Of a DNA stretch of 64,000 bases, positions 1 to 10,552 are shown one piece after another; position 1 is the first letter of the stretch; every line of letters begins with the position of its first letter. A model generated the notes under the pieces. That model saw only the letters and a list, made by a program, of their open reading frames with translations, did no database searches and was not told the DNA's origin. Origin of the DNA: Candidatus Nomurabacteria bacterium. GTDB lineage: Bacteria; Patescibacteriota; Minisyncoccia; Phycocordibacterales; UBA5272. The stretch spans positions 273,536-337,535 of the forward strand of contig JAQBRF010000004.1 of the NCBI GenBank assembly GCA_028286645.1. Direction: 5' to 3'. A program made the translations under genes and the position numbers.

Positions 1-353
1 GCTCCACATATAGACTTATGGAATAAAGATAATTCTTTAACTTCTATTCCCGCCTCTTCTTTTGCTTCTTTTATGGCTGCTTGCTTTGCTGCTTCATTAA
101 TATTAACTTCTTCATTCAAGGCGCTGTTATATTCAGCTAATGAATCATAAACTTTCCCGCCCGGCAAACGATAATCAAATGAATTTAACTCATGACGAAA
201 TTCTTTCGTGAGCAGTATAGTATCCCCCTTTGGAATTATAAGCCTCGCACCAGGCGAGCGCCGAGCATATTCAAAAACCTTTTTCTTGGCATTTTGCTCA
301 ACTTCTTTTTGTACGACTTCAATAATTTTACCTTTGTAAGTTATTTTTTCCAT
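1..353 (-). CDS. NUDIX hydrolase (runs off the window edge; 3' end missing)
   Basis: Manual translation MEKITYKGKIIEVV...DYRLPGGKVYD...AAIKEAKEEAGIEV gives a Nudix box (GG...KEAKEEAG); not in the ORF track because there is no stop in the window. Confidence 0.8.
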   Translation of the reverse strand, partial: MEKITYKGKIIEVVQKEVEQNAKKKVFEYARRSPGARLIIPKGDTILLTKEFRHELNSFDYRLPGGKVYDSLAEYNSALNEEVNINEAAKQAAIKEAKEEAGIEVKELSLFHKSICG

Positions 354-399
354 ACCATACATCGAATTATATCATTTTAATTCTTCTAAATTATTACTA

Positions 400-428
400 T
401 TGACAATTAACAACGTTTATTATATCAT
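400..428 (+). promoter_or_regulatory. sigma70-type promoter of the 473..766 unit
   Basis: TTGACA-17 nt-TATCAT. Confidence 0.6.
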
Positions 429-472
429 AACTTTTGAAGTGCGATACCCCTTTAACCACCAAGGAACCCATC

Positions 473-766
473 ATGAAGAAGACGACTCTTGCAATCCTCC
501 TGGCGTTGGCCCTCACGGCTATTTCGACCGCCGTCTCGTCGGCAGAAGTGCAGAATAAAAGCGCTGTGGTCATCAAGAATAAAAACAACGTGACGGTGAA
601 AGTGGTCAAGGTATTTGAGTTTGATTACGAGATGAAAGCTCCCGACACCGAAAGGACGGTAAACCAGTGGATCCGTGACAATCCCAACATCCTGATCACG
701 GAACAGTCGGTCGTCCGGACGAGCCCTTCTGGCTATGTCGTGGTGATTTGGTACACGCCGATGTAA
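473..766 (+). CDS. small secreted hypothetical protein (GC-rich ORFan unit)
   Basis: AAGGA SD, then MKKTTLAILLALALTAISTAVSSA signal peptide; own promoter and terminator. Confidence 0.7.
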   Translation: MKKTTLAILLALALTAISTAVSSAEVQNKSAVVIKNKNNVTVKVVKVFEFDYEMKAPDTERTVNQWIRDNPNILITEQSVVRTSPSGYVVVIWYTPM

Positions 767-784
767 CGATAAGTTCTATACGGC

Positions 785-812
785 AAGGTGGCGCGTATTG
801 CGCCACCTTTTT
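785..812 (+). terminator. intrinsic terminator
   Basis: aaggtggcgc-gtatt-gcgccacctt followed by a T run. Confidence 0.8.
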
Positions 813-836
813 ATACTAATAATTTTCAATAATTAA

Positions 837-1478
837 TTATATAGATTCGCTGCTATCTCCGGTTATAGGAATCTCCTCGCCTAAAAATTTCGGTTCTCTT
901 TTACTTACAACATCAATAACGGCTTTTACATCCGCAAATACTTCTCTTATATTATTTTTAAAGAGATATTCATGCTGGTCCGCGCGAGCGCCATAGGCTT
1001 TTATTCCTAAACTTCGAGCGATAAATAGTGATCTCGGCAGATGAAATGATTGGGTCACTATGATTGCAGAATCTACCATAAATATATCCCGGGCTCTATA
1101 CATACTGCTATATGTATCAAATCCCGCATGATCAAGGAATATGGCTTCTGTGGGCACTCCTTGGGACAGCATATAGTCTCGTGTAGGGTTAACTTCATTA
1201 TGATACTCTGTTCCATCGTCTCCTGTGATGAGAATTGTCTTTACTTTGCCGTTTTTATATAAAGATATGGCGATATCAGCTCTATCTTTTAATATTGAAG
1301 AAAGTTGTCCGGCACTGGTAACAGAGGCTCCTAAAACTATGGCTGTATGAGCATTTGATAGCTTATCCATATCTTTAATAAATGAAAGTGAATATATTTT
1401 AAATCCTACAAATATTACTACTATAGCCCCCATAGCTGCAACTAAAATTTTAAAAATTAACTTAAATATAAATCTCAT
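837..1478 (-). CDS. SanA/YdcF (DUF218, ElyC-like) membrane-anchored protein
   Basis: AIVLGA, LKDRAD, DHAGFDTYSSMYRA and VTQSFHLPRS motifs; N-terminal TM. Confidence 0.85.
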   Translation of the reverse strand: MRFIFKLIFKILVAAMGAIVVIFVGFKIYSLSFIKDMDKLSNAHTAIVLGASVTSAGQLSSILKDRADIAISLYKNGKVKTILITGDDGTEYHNEVNPTRDYMLSQGVPTEAIFLDHAGFDTYSSMYRARDIFMVDSAIIVTQSFHLPRSLFIARSLGIKAYGARADQHEYLFKNNIREVFADVKAVIDVVSKREPKFLGEEIPITGDSSESI

Positions 1479-2119
1479 TGCTGTTTATCAAAATTAAGTA
1501 TGGTCTTAGCATCTATAACTTTTTCTTTGTAACCAGGATCTGTAATAAATAGATTATCTAATAATCTACAAAGCAGAGTATCTATATCTACTATAGTTTG
1601 ATGATCTAATGCTTCAAATTCATCCAATCTTCTCCGGCTTAATTCTCTAGCAATTGAGGGAGTTAAATAAGTCTTTTCCTTATCTCCCTCCTGACTAGAG
1701 TATTCTTCTATGAAAAACTCTTTCTTTTGCTCATCACTCAATTGTTGAATCTTTTCATTGGCTTGGCATTCTAACAAAAGATCCTCTATATATCTTTTTA
1801 AGTATTCTTTTCCTAGGTCATCGTAGGTTAGTAGATGAGAAATAACTTCTCCTAAATTATCTAGAACCTCTTCTACTTGATGCTTAATTCCTTCATCTAA
1901 CCCATAATTAAATTGCTTAATAATAATCCCAGCCTTTCGAAATAAGTCTCTTATTTTAATTTCGAGTTTAGCCACCTCTTCGGGAGGTAAAAGCTCTATA
2001 TTTTTTGAAGTTAAAGGTATATAAGAAAGCTTTTCCAAAGCTTCTTTTTTTTCATTTTCATATTGATTAACTAAATCGGTTTCCTTGTTTTTTCCTGGAT
2101 CAGATTTATCAAATATCAT
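1475..2119 (-). CDS. hypothetical protein
   Basis: 214-aa ORF overlapping the next start by 4 nt; no recognised motif. Confidence 0.6.
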   Translation of the reverse strand: MIFDKSDPGKNKETDLVNQYENEKKEALEKLSYIPLTSKNIELLPPEEVAKLEIKIRDLFRKAGIIIKQFNYGLDEGIKHQVEEVLDNLGEVISHLLTYDDLGKEYLKRYIEDLLLECQANEKIQQLSDEQKKEFFIEEYSSQEGDKEKTYLTPSIARELSRRRLDEFEALDHQTIVDIDTLLCRLLDNLFITDPGYKEKVIDAKTILNFDKQQ

Positions 2120-2126
2120 ATATAGT

Positions 2127-2906
2127 TTATTTTAGAGGTAAATCAAATGTGAGTTCAGACGAACCGAATGCGTACGCAGCTACTTGATACTCAGGAAAAT
2201 AGAATGTTATTTTGTTCGTTGCAGGTAAAGTAAACAAAGAAAAATTGGCTATTGTAGCTTCCGTGCCCGCATTAAGCATATCCGTATCTATTTCTTCAGG
2301 CGAGACCTGAGCCGCAGAGGACAATTTCGCCCGCAGCAGCGCTCTTGAACGAGTAGAAAGCTTTTTCAAAAAAGTCGGATCACCGCTTGTGATGTCTGAA
2401 AGAGTAATCTCCTTTTGTTCCTTCACGTTATAATTAAATGTCATAATCGTTTCCCCTCCATGAGCTCCGCCTGAGAATTCATAGATGCCGATTACCAAAC
2501 TAATAACATCCGCATCATTACGAATAACCTTCGTGCCTATCTGTATTGGAAACTTATCTTTTTCATTTGGTGTTTTAGTTACGCCTTCGCTCGGAGTTGC
2601 AGTTTCAAATCTGGCTTTCCAATTTTCCTCAGAAAATTTTATATGATCCGCTATCGCCTTATTAACCGCTTCCGCCATTTTTTGATTAAAATCCTTTGAA
2701 GCATTGCTAAAGACGGGATACTCTCCGGTAACTACTGCATAAGGAGTAGAAGTAGCTAGAGTGACCATTGTCTTTTGGGTCTCTTCTACTGCTACTGGAG
2801 TGGGATTAGTGGGGGCGATCTTAGGAGATTTTTTATAATAATATACAACTCCTAATATAATTATTATTACAATTAATCCGATAATTAAATTTGATTTCTT
2901 ACTCAT
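2127..2906 (-). CDS. DUF3298/DUF4163 (RsiV/PdaC-like) membrane-anchored protein
   Basis: N-terminal TM; YEFSGGAHG, TFNYN and FYFPEYQVAAYAFG motifs. Confidence 0.75.
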   Translation of the reverse strand: MSKKSNLIIGLIVIIIILGVVYYYKKSPKIAPTNPTPVAVEETQKTMVTLATSTPYAVVTGEYPVFSNASKDFNQKMAEAVNKAIADHIKFSEENWKARFETATPSEGVTKTPNEKDKFPIQIGTKVIRNDADVISLVIGIYEFSGGAHGGETIMTFNYNVKEQKEITLSDITSGDPTFLKKLSTRSRALLRAKLSSAAQVSPEEIDTDMLNAGTEATIANFSLFTLPATNKITFYFPEYQVAAYAFGSSELTFDLPLK

Positions 2907-2940
2907 ACATTAAGTATATCAGAATGAACCATCAGAAAAC

Positions 2941-4626
2941 TTATCGGCTAGAAGCTTTAATAAATGCTACGAACAAAGGATGAGGAGAAAGTGGATGAGA
3001 CTTAAATTCTGGATGAGCTTGGGTTGCTACGAAGAATGGGTGAGCTTTCTTTGGAAGCTCGATGAATTCCATCAACTTTCCATCAGGAGATGTTCCGGAA
3101 AAGACTAGCCCTTTTTCTTTCAATGTATCTACATACTCATTATTTACTTCATATCTATGCCGATGGCGTTCAGTTATGACGTTATTACCGTAAGCTTTAG
3201 CAATAATGCTTTTATCTAATAGCTTCGCCTTATAATTACCCAAACGCATGCTCCCGCCATAATTTTCTTTTTCCACTTTTTCTTTTTGGCTCTCCATTAT
3301 TGTTATAACTTGGTGTAAAGCATCAGAGTCCAACTCTTTCGATGTAGCATCCCGAACACCCGCGACATTTCTGGCATATTCTATAACCGCCAGCTGCATT
3401 CCGTAGCAAATTCCTAAATATGGAATTTTATTTTCTCTCACATACTTTACCGCTTCTAATTTCCCCGCAACCCCGCGCGCGCCGAATCCTCCAGGAACTA
3501 TTACTCCGTCATAATTACTTAGATCCTTTAATGACTTCCGAACCATTGCGAGCGTTTTACTTTTACTTACTTCGAATTCCCCAGAATTTATCCACGAAAT
3601 TACCGGTTTCTTGTTTAAGGAATATGCAGAATGCTTAATAGCTTCTATAACAGAAAGATACGCATCGCTTAGCATAAAATCTCCTGTATCAAAATACTTC
3701 CCAATAATCGCGATCTTTACTTCGGTCTTGCTCGTATGAACTTTATTTACAAACTTTCCCCAGGCAATTCTATTTAATTCTCCTTTCTTATAATTTGCAT
3801 GTCTTTTAGGAAGCGCAAGCACTTCACATAAAATATCTCCCACATTTTCTTTCTCGAAGTTAATTGGGATGTCATAAATGCTTTTCACATCTGGTGCGGA
3901 AATAATCTGGTCTGGTTTAACATTACAAAAAAAAGACAGCTTTTCTTTTCTCTTGGCATCAAGCGGCAAAACGCTTCTTGCCACTATCATGTCCGGCCAA
4001 AGTCCTGAAGCCTGCAATGTTCGCACAGCATGCTGAGTTGGCTTAGTTTTCATCTCTCCAATGGTAGAAGGAATGGGCATATAGGACACGACCACACACG
4101 CTACATCGTCCGGTGTTTCAGATTTCATCATTCTAGCGGCTTCTAAAAATAAAATATTCTCATATTCTCCAATAGTTCCGCCGATCTCAATCATCACACA
4201 GTCGGCCTTGGCTTTCTTTTGCGCGGTTTTAATTCTAGAAATAACCTCTAGCGGAACATGAGGAACTACTTGAACGCACGCCCCTTTATAAAACATGCTG
4301 CGCTCCTTTTCTATAACTCCTTGATACACGCGCCCTGTAGTCATGTAATTATCGCTAGTAAGCGTTGTATTTAAAAATCTTTCATAATTCCCCATATCTT
4401 GGTCGGTCTCATAACCGTCATCCAAAACAAAAACTTCTCCGTGCTCTGTGGGATTCATCGTGCCTGCGTCCACGTTTACATAGGGATCTATTTTTATTGA
4501 AGTAACTGTATATCCACGATCCTGAAGGATCTTACCCATAGACGAAGCGGTCACACCTTTACCGACACCTGAGATAACTCCGCCTAATACGAAAATGTAC
4601 TTCGGGGAATTTTTCTTTTTAATCAT
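2941..4626 (-). CDS. pyrG: CTP synthase
   Basis: GGVISGVGKG, KIDPYVNVDAGTMNPTEHGEVFV, GICYGMQ, RHRHRYE, QAHPEF. Confidence 0.98.
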   Translation of the reverse strand: MIKKKNSPKYIFVLGGVISGVGKGVTASSMGKILQDRGYTVTSIKIDPYVNVDAGTMNPTEHGEVFVLDDGYETDQDMGNYERFLNTTLTSDNYMTTGRVYQGVIEKERSMFYKGACVQVVPHVPLEVISRIKTAQKKAKADCVMIEIGGTIGEYENILFLEAARMMKSETPDDVACVVVSYMPIPSTIGEMKTKPTQHAVRTLQASGLWPDMIVARSVLPLDAKRKEKLSFFCNVKPDQIISAPDVKSIYDIPINFEKENVGDILCEVLALPKRHANYKKGELNRIAWGKFVNKVHTSKTEVKIAIIGKYFDTGDFMLSDAYLSVIEAIKHSAYSLNKKPVISWINSGEFEVSKSKTLAMVRKSLKDLSNYDGVIVPGGFGARGVAGKLEAVKYVRENKIPYLGICYGMQLAVIEYARNVAGVRDATSKELDSDALHQVITIMESQKEKVEKENYGGSMRLGNYKAKLLDKSIIAKAYGNNVITERHRHRYEVNNEYVDTLKEKGLVFSGTSPDGKLMEFIELPKKAHPFFVATQAHPEFKSHPLSPHPLFVAFIKASSR

Positions 4627-4666
4627 AGTGATGAGTATAGCAAATGGAATTTTAACTAGTTAAATA

Positions 4667-4706
4667 AAAAAACAAAACCGGACTTTAAGTCCGGTTTTGT
4701 TTTTTT
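4667..4706. terminator. intrinsic terminator (SWIB gene), possibly bidirectional
   Basis: aaaaaacaaaaccggac-tttaa-gtccggttttgtttttt. Confidence 0.8.
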
Positions 4707-4708
4707 AT

Positions 4709-4963
4709 TTATGAAAGATGAGCGGATACGAGCTTCGTCATTTCAAACATGTTCACCGTTTTCTTGCCCCCGAATACTTTCAGGAGGTTTTCATCTGCAT
4801 TGATATTTCGCTTGTTAGTTGGATCTTGAAGATTATTCTTCTTGATGTAGACCCAAATATTTTTAACAACCTCAGAGCGAGGCATCGGGCCTTTACCTAC
4901 AACAGCTTCAAGCTCAGGGCTTAGCTTCATAGGTTTCATAAAGGCTGAATTGGTTTTTGGCAT
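4709..4963 (-). CDS. standalone SWIB/MDM2 domain protein
   Basis: LSPELEAVVGKGPMPRSEVVKNIWVYIKKNNLQDP...INADENL...MFEMTKLVSAHL. Confidence 0.92.
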   Translation of the reverse strand: MPKTNSAFMKPMKLSPELEAVVGKGPMPRSEVVKNIWVYIKKNNLQDPTNKRNINADENLLKVFGGKKTVNMFEMTKLVSAHLS

Positions 4964-5104
4964 AGATAAATAGTTAATTAATAGTTACGTCAATAGTATA
5001 CCCCCTATTTCCCCAGAAGAAAACAGGTTTTTAACAGGTAGTATATTTGACAGTAGCATAAACAATTGTGTTATGCAATATTTATGCTAATAAAGTATCT
5101 AGAA

Positions 5105-6883
5105 TTATTCCAAAACTTCTCCAGACTGATGACTCCAAAGCTTTGCATAAAGCCCCGGCTGCTTAATAAGTTCATCGTGTGAACCGTCTTGAATAATTCT
5201 TCCCTGATCAAGAACAAGAATCCTATCTAAATGCTTAATAGTTGAAAGCCTGTGCGCAATAACAAGAGCTGTCTTATCTTTCATAAGCTCGAGCAATCCG
5301 TCTTGAATATACTTTTCCGATTCTGAATCAAGCGAACTTGTCGCCTCGTCTAATACAATTATGGGAGACTTTTTAAGAAGAGCCCGAGCTATAGCCACTC
5401 GCTGTCTTTGGCCGCCAGATAATTTAATTCCTCTTTCTCCTACCAAAGTGTCATATCCGTGCGGAAGTACAGAAATAAATTCATGAGCATGAGCGAGCTT
5501 CGAAGCTTCTGTAACTTCTTCAAGGGTAGCTTTCGGGTCGCCGTATGCTATGTTTTCAAAAAGAGTTCTATGAAATAACAAAGGCTCCTGAGGAACATAG
5601 GTAATTGCCTCTCTAAGAGATTTTTGAGTAACTTTACGAATATCTTGTCCATCAATTGATATCTCTCCATCGCTTACATCCACGAAACGAAGCAATAATT
5701 TAGTTACAGTGGTTTTCCCTCCTCCGCTTGGGCCCACAAGACCAATTTTCTGGTTACCTTTTATTTCCAGATTAAAGTTATTTAAGAAAAGTTCATCCTT
5801 ATTCCTTTCATATGTAAATTTAACGTCCTCAAATATTATGTCGCTATTTGTGACCTTCATCTTACCGGCTTTCGGCTTATCCATAACTATCGGATCATGA
5901 AGAGTAAGCTCGGTAAATTCAGCCGCTGCTCCTAAACTAGATTCTACGTTTCTATATACCCTGTTTATTTCCCAAAAGATGCGAGCTATCTGTGAGTAAT
6001 AAGAATATACGACCATCATAGTACCAACTGGCAAATTAAGTTTTATCGTAAAGTAAAATGCCATAAATAAACCGAAGACATTAGTTATTACATAAATAGG
6101 CGCAATTACTCCTTCGAAATTTAAATTTTGATAATTATATGTATCTCTATATTTAGTGACATACGAATTAACATGCTTGTTAAAAGTTTTTTGTTCCGCC
6201 TCTTCTTGAGCAAATGACTTAATTGCTAGCATATTTGTCATCGAATCTGAGAAGTTTCCAGCCATTCGGCTTTCTGCCTCATGACGCTCCGCGACCATTT
6301 TCGACCTCCTGCGGATAATCGGAACGGCAATGACTATTGTTAAAAGAATCCAAAATAACAGTGTAAAAGGAATAAGCGGAGAATACTGCCATAAAATTAT
6401 GAAAGCGAAAATTATTGGAAATACATTTGTAATGACGTTATACGCTAAGGTCTCTGTTAAATTCTCAAAACCTCTAGGGAATGCCATTCCTTTTTTTATA
6501 AGTGAACCTACAAAGTTATTTGTATAAAAATCATAGTCACGAGATATTAACTTCTTAAAAGCTTTATTATTTAAATCAGCTAGACTTGCAACTTCAAGCT
6601 TAATCATAAAATAATAACCTGCTCTCCATAACATCTCTCCCAAAAGCCAAAACCCTCCTAATGTCAATATATAAATACTTATCTGATTTACTGAATATGT
6701 ATGTGCTGCTAATTCATTAATAATTTTCGCTACTATTAATGGGGGTACGAAAGATGTAAAAATAACCCCAATAGCGGGCAGAAAGAAAGCCAATATTGCG
6801 TTTAGCTTATTTTTCTTGTATTGCCACCCATATTCTTTCAGTACCTGGATTATGGCTTCTTTAGATATAAATTTATTATCCAT
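5105..6883 (-). CDS. ABC exporter, fused permease/ATPase
   Basis: TM domain plus GPSGGGKT, LSGGQRQR, VLDEATS, IAHRLST. Confidence 0.95.
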   Translation of the reverse strand: MDNKFISKEAIIQVLKEYGWQYKKNKLNAILAFFLPAIGVIFTSFVPPLIVAKIINELAAHTYSVNQISIYILTLGGFWLLGEMLWRAGYYFMIKLEVASLADLNNKAFKKLISRDYDFYTNNFVGSLIKKGMAFPRGFENLTETLAYNVITNVFPIIFAFIILWQYSPLIPFTLLFWILLTIVIAVPIIRRRSKMVAERHEAESRMAGNFSDSMTNMLAIKSFAQEEAEQKTFNKHVNSYVTKYRDTYNYQNLNFEGVIAPIYVITNVFGLFMAFYFTIKLNLPVGTMMVVYSYYSQIARIFWEINRVYRNVESSLGAAAEFTELTLHDPIVMDKPKAGKMKVTNSDIIFEDVKFTYERNKDELFLNNFNLEIKGNQKIGLVGPSGGGKTTVTKLLLRFVDVSDGEISIDGQDIRKVTQKSLREAITYVPQEPLLFHRTLFENIAYGDPKATLEEVTEASKLAHAHEFISVLPHGYDTLVGERGIKLSGGQRQRVAIARALLKKSPIIVLDEATSSLDSESEKYIQDGLLELMKDKTALVIAHRLSTIKHLDRILVLDQGRIIQDGSHDELIKQPGLYAKLWSHQSGEVLE

Positions 6884-6931
6884 AAAATATGAATCTTAAC
6901 ATTATAACATCAGTGTCAAGAGATAAAATTA

Positions 6932-6956
6932 ATAAAACCCCTTTCGGGGTTTTATT
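6932..6956. terminator. intrinsic terminator
   Basis: ataaaacccc-tttc-ggggttttat. Confidence 0.75.
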
Positions 6957-6958
6957 AA

Positions 6959-7105
6959 TTACTGAGCTTCTGCTGGAGCTGGTGTCTCTTCTGCGGGAGC
7001 AACCGGAGCTTCTGCTGGAATTTCAGGAACTCCTGCTGGAGTCACTGTTACTTCTTCTCCCTCTCCAGCGACTGGATTAGTAGGTGTAGTTGTATCGTCG
7101 TTCAT
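6959..7105 (-). CDS. 48-aa acidic Pro/Ala/Glu-rich small protein
   Basis: Manual translation MNDDTTTPTNPVAGEGEEVTVTPAGVPEIPAEAPVAPAEETPAPAEAQ*, followed directly by a terminator. Confidence 0.6.
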   Translation of the reverse strand: MNDDTTTPTNPVAGEGEEVTVTPAGVPEIPAEAPVAPAEETPAPAEAQ

Positions 7106-7149
7106 ATATTTTGTTTTAATGGCCAATAAAATACTAACTACTAGGTTAG

Positions 7150-7746
7150 CTAATCTAGTATAGCATTATTAAAGTAAAATTTCTTATATTCGACGCTTGT
7201 CATATTATTCTCTCCATAACACTCTGCAAGTGCGATATGGTCAATGATAATTGTTTCATTGATGTTTTGTGTTGTTAAATACTGCATACCTTTTTTATAT
7301 CCATCTTCTGACAAATCGGCGAATGCTAAAGTTATATGCGGGACATAGTTTACTGTTCGAGGAAGCCATGTCTCATACTTAGAAGTTATTTCATCTCTTA
7401 ATCGATTAAATAAATCCAGTAACTCCGCGCTTACTTCCACATTTATCCAGATAACATATGGAGTTATGTTGCCTTTCGCTCCCTTCCAATTTTCTATTCC
7501 ATCAAATCCTGAAATCTTTACTTTAATAGGATTTTGAGCATCTGTAAACGCCTTTAACTCTTTTTCGTAATTTGCTTGAAACTCTTCTGCTAAGGATGGC
7601 CCATCTCCTGGAGTAATATGAGGCAGCCAATCTTCTAGACATTTTCTGGATCCTGTAATTTTAGAAAGTTCTTTTTGTATTTCACGCACTTTTTTATGTT
7701 CTTCACCGCTAAGATAAGTTATCAAGGAGTAATGCTTTGTGTTCAT
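7150..7746 (-). CDS. 2H phosphoesterase (2'-5' RNA ligase superfamily)
   Basis: Two HxT motifs: WLPHITP and YVPHITLA. Confidence 0.8.
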   Translation of the reverse strand: MNTKHYSLITYLSGEEHKKVREIQKELSKITGSRKCLEDWLPHITPGDGPSLAEEFQANYEKELKAFTDAQNPIKVKISGFDGIENWKGAKGNITPYVIWINVEVSAELLDLFNRLRDEITSKYETWLPRTVNYVPHITLAFADLSEDGYKKGMQYLTTQNINETIIIDHIALAECYGENNMTSVEYKKFYFNNAILD

Positions 7747-7787
7747 ATATGTCTATATTACTATTATTTATATAAAATCTAGAATTG

Positions 7788-8573
7788 CTAAATTAATCTC
7801 TTATGCGCAATTTGTAGTTTATCGTTATCAATAGTTACCACTGCATATTCGGTTGTTGGGCGGTCCGCTCCATCGTTTTCAGAAAAAGATCCCACAGTAA
7901 AGTAATCAACGCCGTTTATATTCTCATGATCTTTAAAATGCGTGTGTCCATTAAATACCGCTAAAACTTTCCCGGACTTTTCGAATACATTTCTTATCTT
8001 TTCAGACTTTAGAGGTGTGATTCGCTCTCTGGCGGCTTCCTTGAAATAAATATTTTTACTTACATCTTGCTCATAGATAGGGAAATGACAATATACAACT
8101 GTTTTCAAACTCGTTTTATTTAAATCATCTTCCAGCCAATTAATTTGATCGTCACTAAAAAGAAATGGCTCCGGAGAAACTTTTCCTTCCTCTCTATTTC
8201 CATCAATAACCACATGATGGTAACCTCCAAAATCAAAAGAGTAATAAATCTTATCCTCCCCTATTATTTTAGTTATATCATTACGGTTTAAGTTTACAAG
8301 ATCATGATTTCCTATAACATGTTTAATTGGCTTACCGCCACTTAAAATCTCTATTGCTTCTTTATATAGGATCACATCCTCTTCCTTGCTTTTTGTTTGA
8401 TGAATTAAATCTCCCATATTAATAATAAGATCACATTCGTTCATCGAATGCTGTATCTTATTTTTAAAATCTGAAACTAACTCTCCATACTGATTTACAT
8501 GATCCGGCCCGCCGCGAGCTTTGTAGTTAGTATTTAATCCATAATGGATATCAGTAATTAGAAAAATTTTCAT
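7788..8573 (-). CDS. calcineurin-like metallophosphoesterase
   Basis: TDIH, MGDL, IGNHD, CHFP and NGHTH motifs. Confidence 0.9.
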   Translation of the reverse strand: MKIFLITDIHYGLNTNYKARGGPDHVNQYGELVSDFKNKIQHSMNECDLIINMGDLIHQTKSKEEDVILYKEAIEILSGGKPIKHVIGNHDLVNLNRNDITKIIGEDKIYYSFDFGGYHHVVIDGNREEGKVSPEPFLFSDDQINWLEDDLNKTSLKTVVYCHFPIYEQDVSKNIYFKEAARERITPLKSEKIRNVFEKSGKVLAVFNGHTHFKDHENINGVDYFTVGSFSENDGADRPTTEYAVVTIDNDKLQIAHKRLI

Positions 8574-8587
8574 TTTAAGATATTTTT

Positions 8588-9049
8588 CTAAATCCTATCA
8601 TTCGGATCAACACATGACTCATTGAATATCTTTCTAGATTCTTCTGTAATATTTTCTTCTGCGGTTTTAGTAAGCATTACACCCGCTTCTTCAAATCTTT
8701 TTTCTACGCCACTCCCTGACTTTGCGTTGTCAGTTCCGTACACTACATGCTTAATTCCTGCATTAATTATATTCGTTACGCAGTCTCCGTATTTTTCGCC
8801 GGGTCCGCCAGGAGTTCTTTTCGCACAAGGAATGATAGTTGTATACATGATATCTTCATTTGAAATAGTTATATTCTTTGCCTCTGCATCTTTTATAGCA
8901 GCATACTCTGCATGCCAGCCTTCGTTATTGCTAAATCCTTCTGCTATTATTTCTCCATTTCTAACAAGGCAGGCCGAAACTATCCCCTTTTTATCTTCGG
9001 AATATGAAGCCAATTTGAAAAGATGGTCGAATATTTCCTGGTCTTTCAT
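8588..9049 (-). CDS. zinc-dependent nucleoside/nucleotide deaminase (CDA/RibD-like)
   Basis: HAE and PC motifs, later C (PCAKR...GDC); start moved to MKDQE. Confidence 0.75.
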   Translation of the reverse strand: MKDQEIFDHLFKLASYSEDKKGIVSACLVRNGEIIAEGFSNNEGWHAEYAAIKDAEAKNITISNEDIMYTTIIPCAKRTPGGPGEKYGDCVTNIINAGIKHVVYGTDNAKSGSGVEKRFEEAGVMLTKTAEENITEESRKIFNESCVDPNDRI

Positions 9050-9139
9050 ATGAATAATATTACTCTTTTTATTAAAAATGGCAAATTGATAAAAGGCGGA
9101 CTTTAAGATCACGATCTTCTTGTTTTTTTATAAATAATC

Positions 9140-9940
9140 TTAAAAGTGCCCCATTAATCTGGCCCCATATATTTTAATAAACTCAAAACATATATAATTG
9201 AACCCCTCTTCTGATTTGAAATAGTTTTCTCTGGTATATTTAGATGACGGAACAGTATGCCTTATTACTTTAGGATTCCTGGAAGCACCTGCCTTAAAAG
9301 TAAAATAAGCACGCCTCATGTGATATGGAAGAGTTATAATAATGACTTTCGACGGTAGCATATCTTTCTCCTTTAAAATACGATAAGAATTTACTACATT
9401 CTCTGGAGTATTTTTTGCTTCTTTTTCTAATATTATCGCTGAAGCGGGGACACCTCCTTTTATTGCTAACTTTTCATAATATTCGGCTTCTGAAATATCA
9501 TCATCTTCCATGTATGAGGCTTTTTGACCAGTGAAAAGCAAATGTGGAGCGTAACCACCTTTATATAAATTAATAGCTTCATTAACTCTATCTATACCCG
9601 CTCCGCCAAATACGAAAATTAAATCTGCTTTTTCAAGTGGATCAGATTCTGATAAATAATCCCAAGCTTTATAAAGTGCGCTCAACAACTCTTCTTTTAC
9701 TTCTGTTGTGTTTATAGCATTAAATGCTTTATTTATATTCTCTTTGATTATTTCTGAGTTTAGGTTTTCTAGATTTATTTGAAAAAGAAAATCATCTGTT
9801 ATATTTAAAAGCTTAAAAATATTATTTAGTATCTCGAAATCTATATTCTCCTTATTATCATTCTTAATTAATTCTCCTACATCTTTTATATACTTTTTAT
9901 CCGTAGAAATATGTGGTCGATACAGAGGGTCTTCTTTCAT
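9140..9940 (-). CDS. YdcF/DUF218 family protein
   Basis: ADLIFVFGG, SEAE, EKEAKNTPEN, PYHMRRA. Confidence 0.85.
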   Translation of the reverse strand: MKEDPLYRPHISTDKKYIKDVGELIKNDNKENIDFEILNNIFKLLNITDDFLFQINLENLNSEIIKENINKAFNAINTTEVKEELLSALYKAWDYLSESDPLEKADLIFVFGGAGIDRVNEAINLYKGGYAPHLLFTGQKASYMEDDDISEAEYYEKLAIKGGVPASAIILEKEAKNTPENVVNSYRILKEKDMLPSKVIIITLPYHMRRAYFTFKAGASRNPKVIRHTVPSSKYTRENYFKSEEGFNYICFEFIKIYGARLMGHF

Positions 9941-9995
9941 AAGATGAGTTTAGCATTTGCATCTTAAATATATATGATTTTGGTATACTTGTTAA

Positions 9996-10550
9996 ATGAA
10001 TTATGTACTCCTCACAATCGGCAAAACCCACACTGGTAAAAGTACTTTCGCAAAAGAGCTGTCAACAGAAGTGCCGAATGTTGTAATTATAGAAACCGAT
10101 CCAATCGCCTTATTTTTAAAAGCTAGCTTTTCTACTCTTCATGCGTTAGACGTGGATCATAAAGGAAGTTTTTCTTCACCGGCACTTAAATTTCTAGTAT
10201 TTCGTACCATTCTTGATTTCGCTCTAAATCAAAAGACGAATATTATTATGAGTAATTCTAATATGTATGAAAATGGCCGTCGTGATGTATTAAAAGTAAT
10301 TAAAAATCATGATGCAAAAACTATTGGCCTTTATTTCAATTACGAAGAAAAGATTATCATGGACAGGGTAAAAATTTCTAATCGAGATATTGACGTACTT
10401 AGTGTTTCGAAAAATTTCGAAGAGCTTATTATAAATCAGCGTGCACGATTCCAGTCTCCTAATAAAGATGAATTTGATTATTTTTTTGAAGTTACTCATC
10501 CGGAAGAGCTTTTAGATGTCAAAAAGAGAATTATAGAAATTTTAAAATAG
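9996..10550 (+). CDS. P-loop kinase (AAA_33-like)
   Basis: GKTHTGKST Walker A; TATACT 6 nt upstream of the ATG. Confidence 0.75.
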   Translation: MNYVLLTIGKTHTGKSTFAKELSTEVPNVVIIETDPIALFLKASFSTLHALDVDHKGSFSSPALKFLVFRTILDFALNQKTNIIMSNSNMYENGRRDVLKVIKNHDAKTIGLYFNYEEKIIMDRVKISNRDIDVLSVSKNFEELIINQRARFQSPNKDEFDYFFEVTHPEELLDVKKRIIEILK

Positions 10551-10552
10551 AT

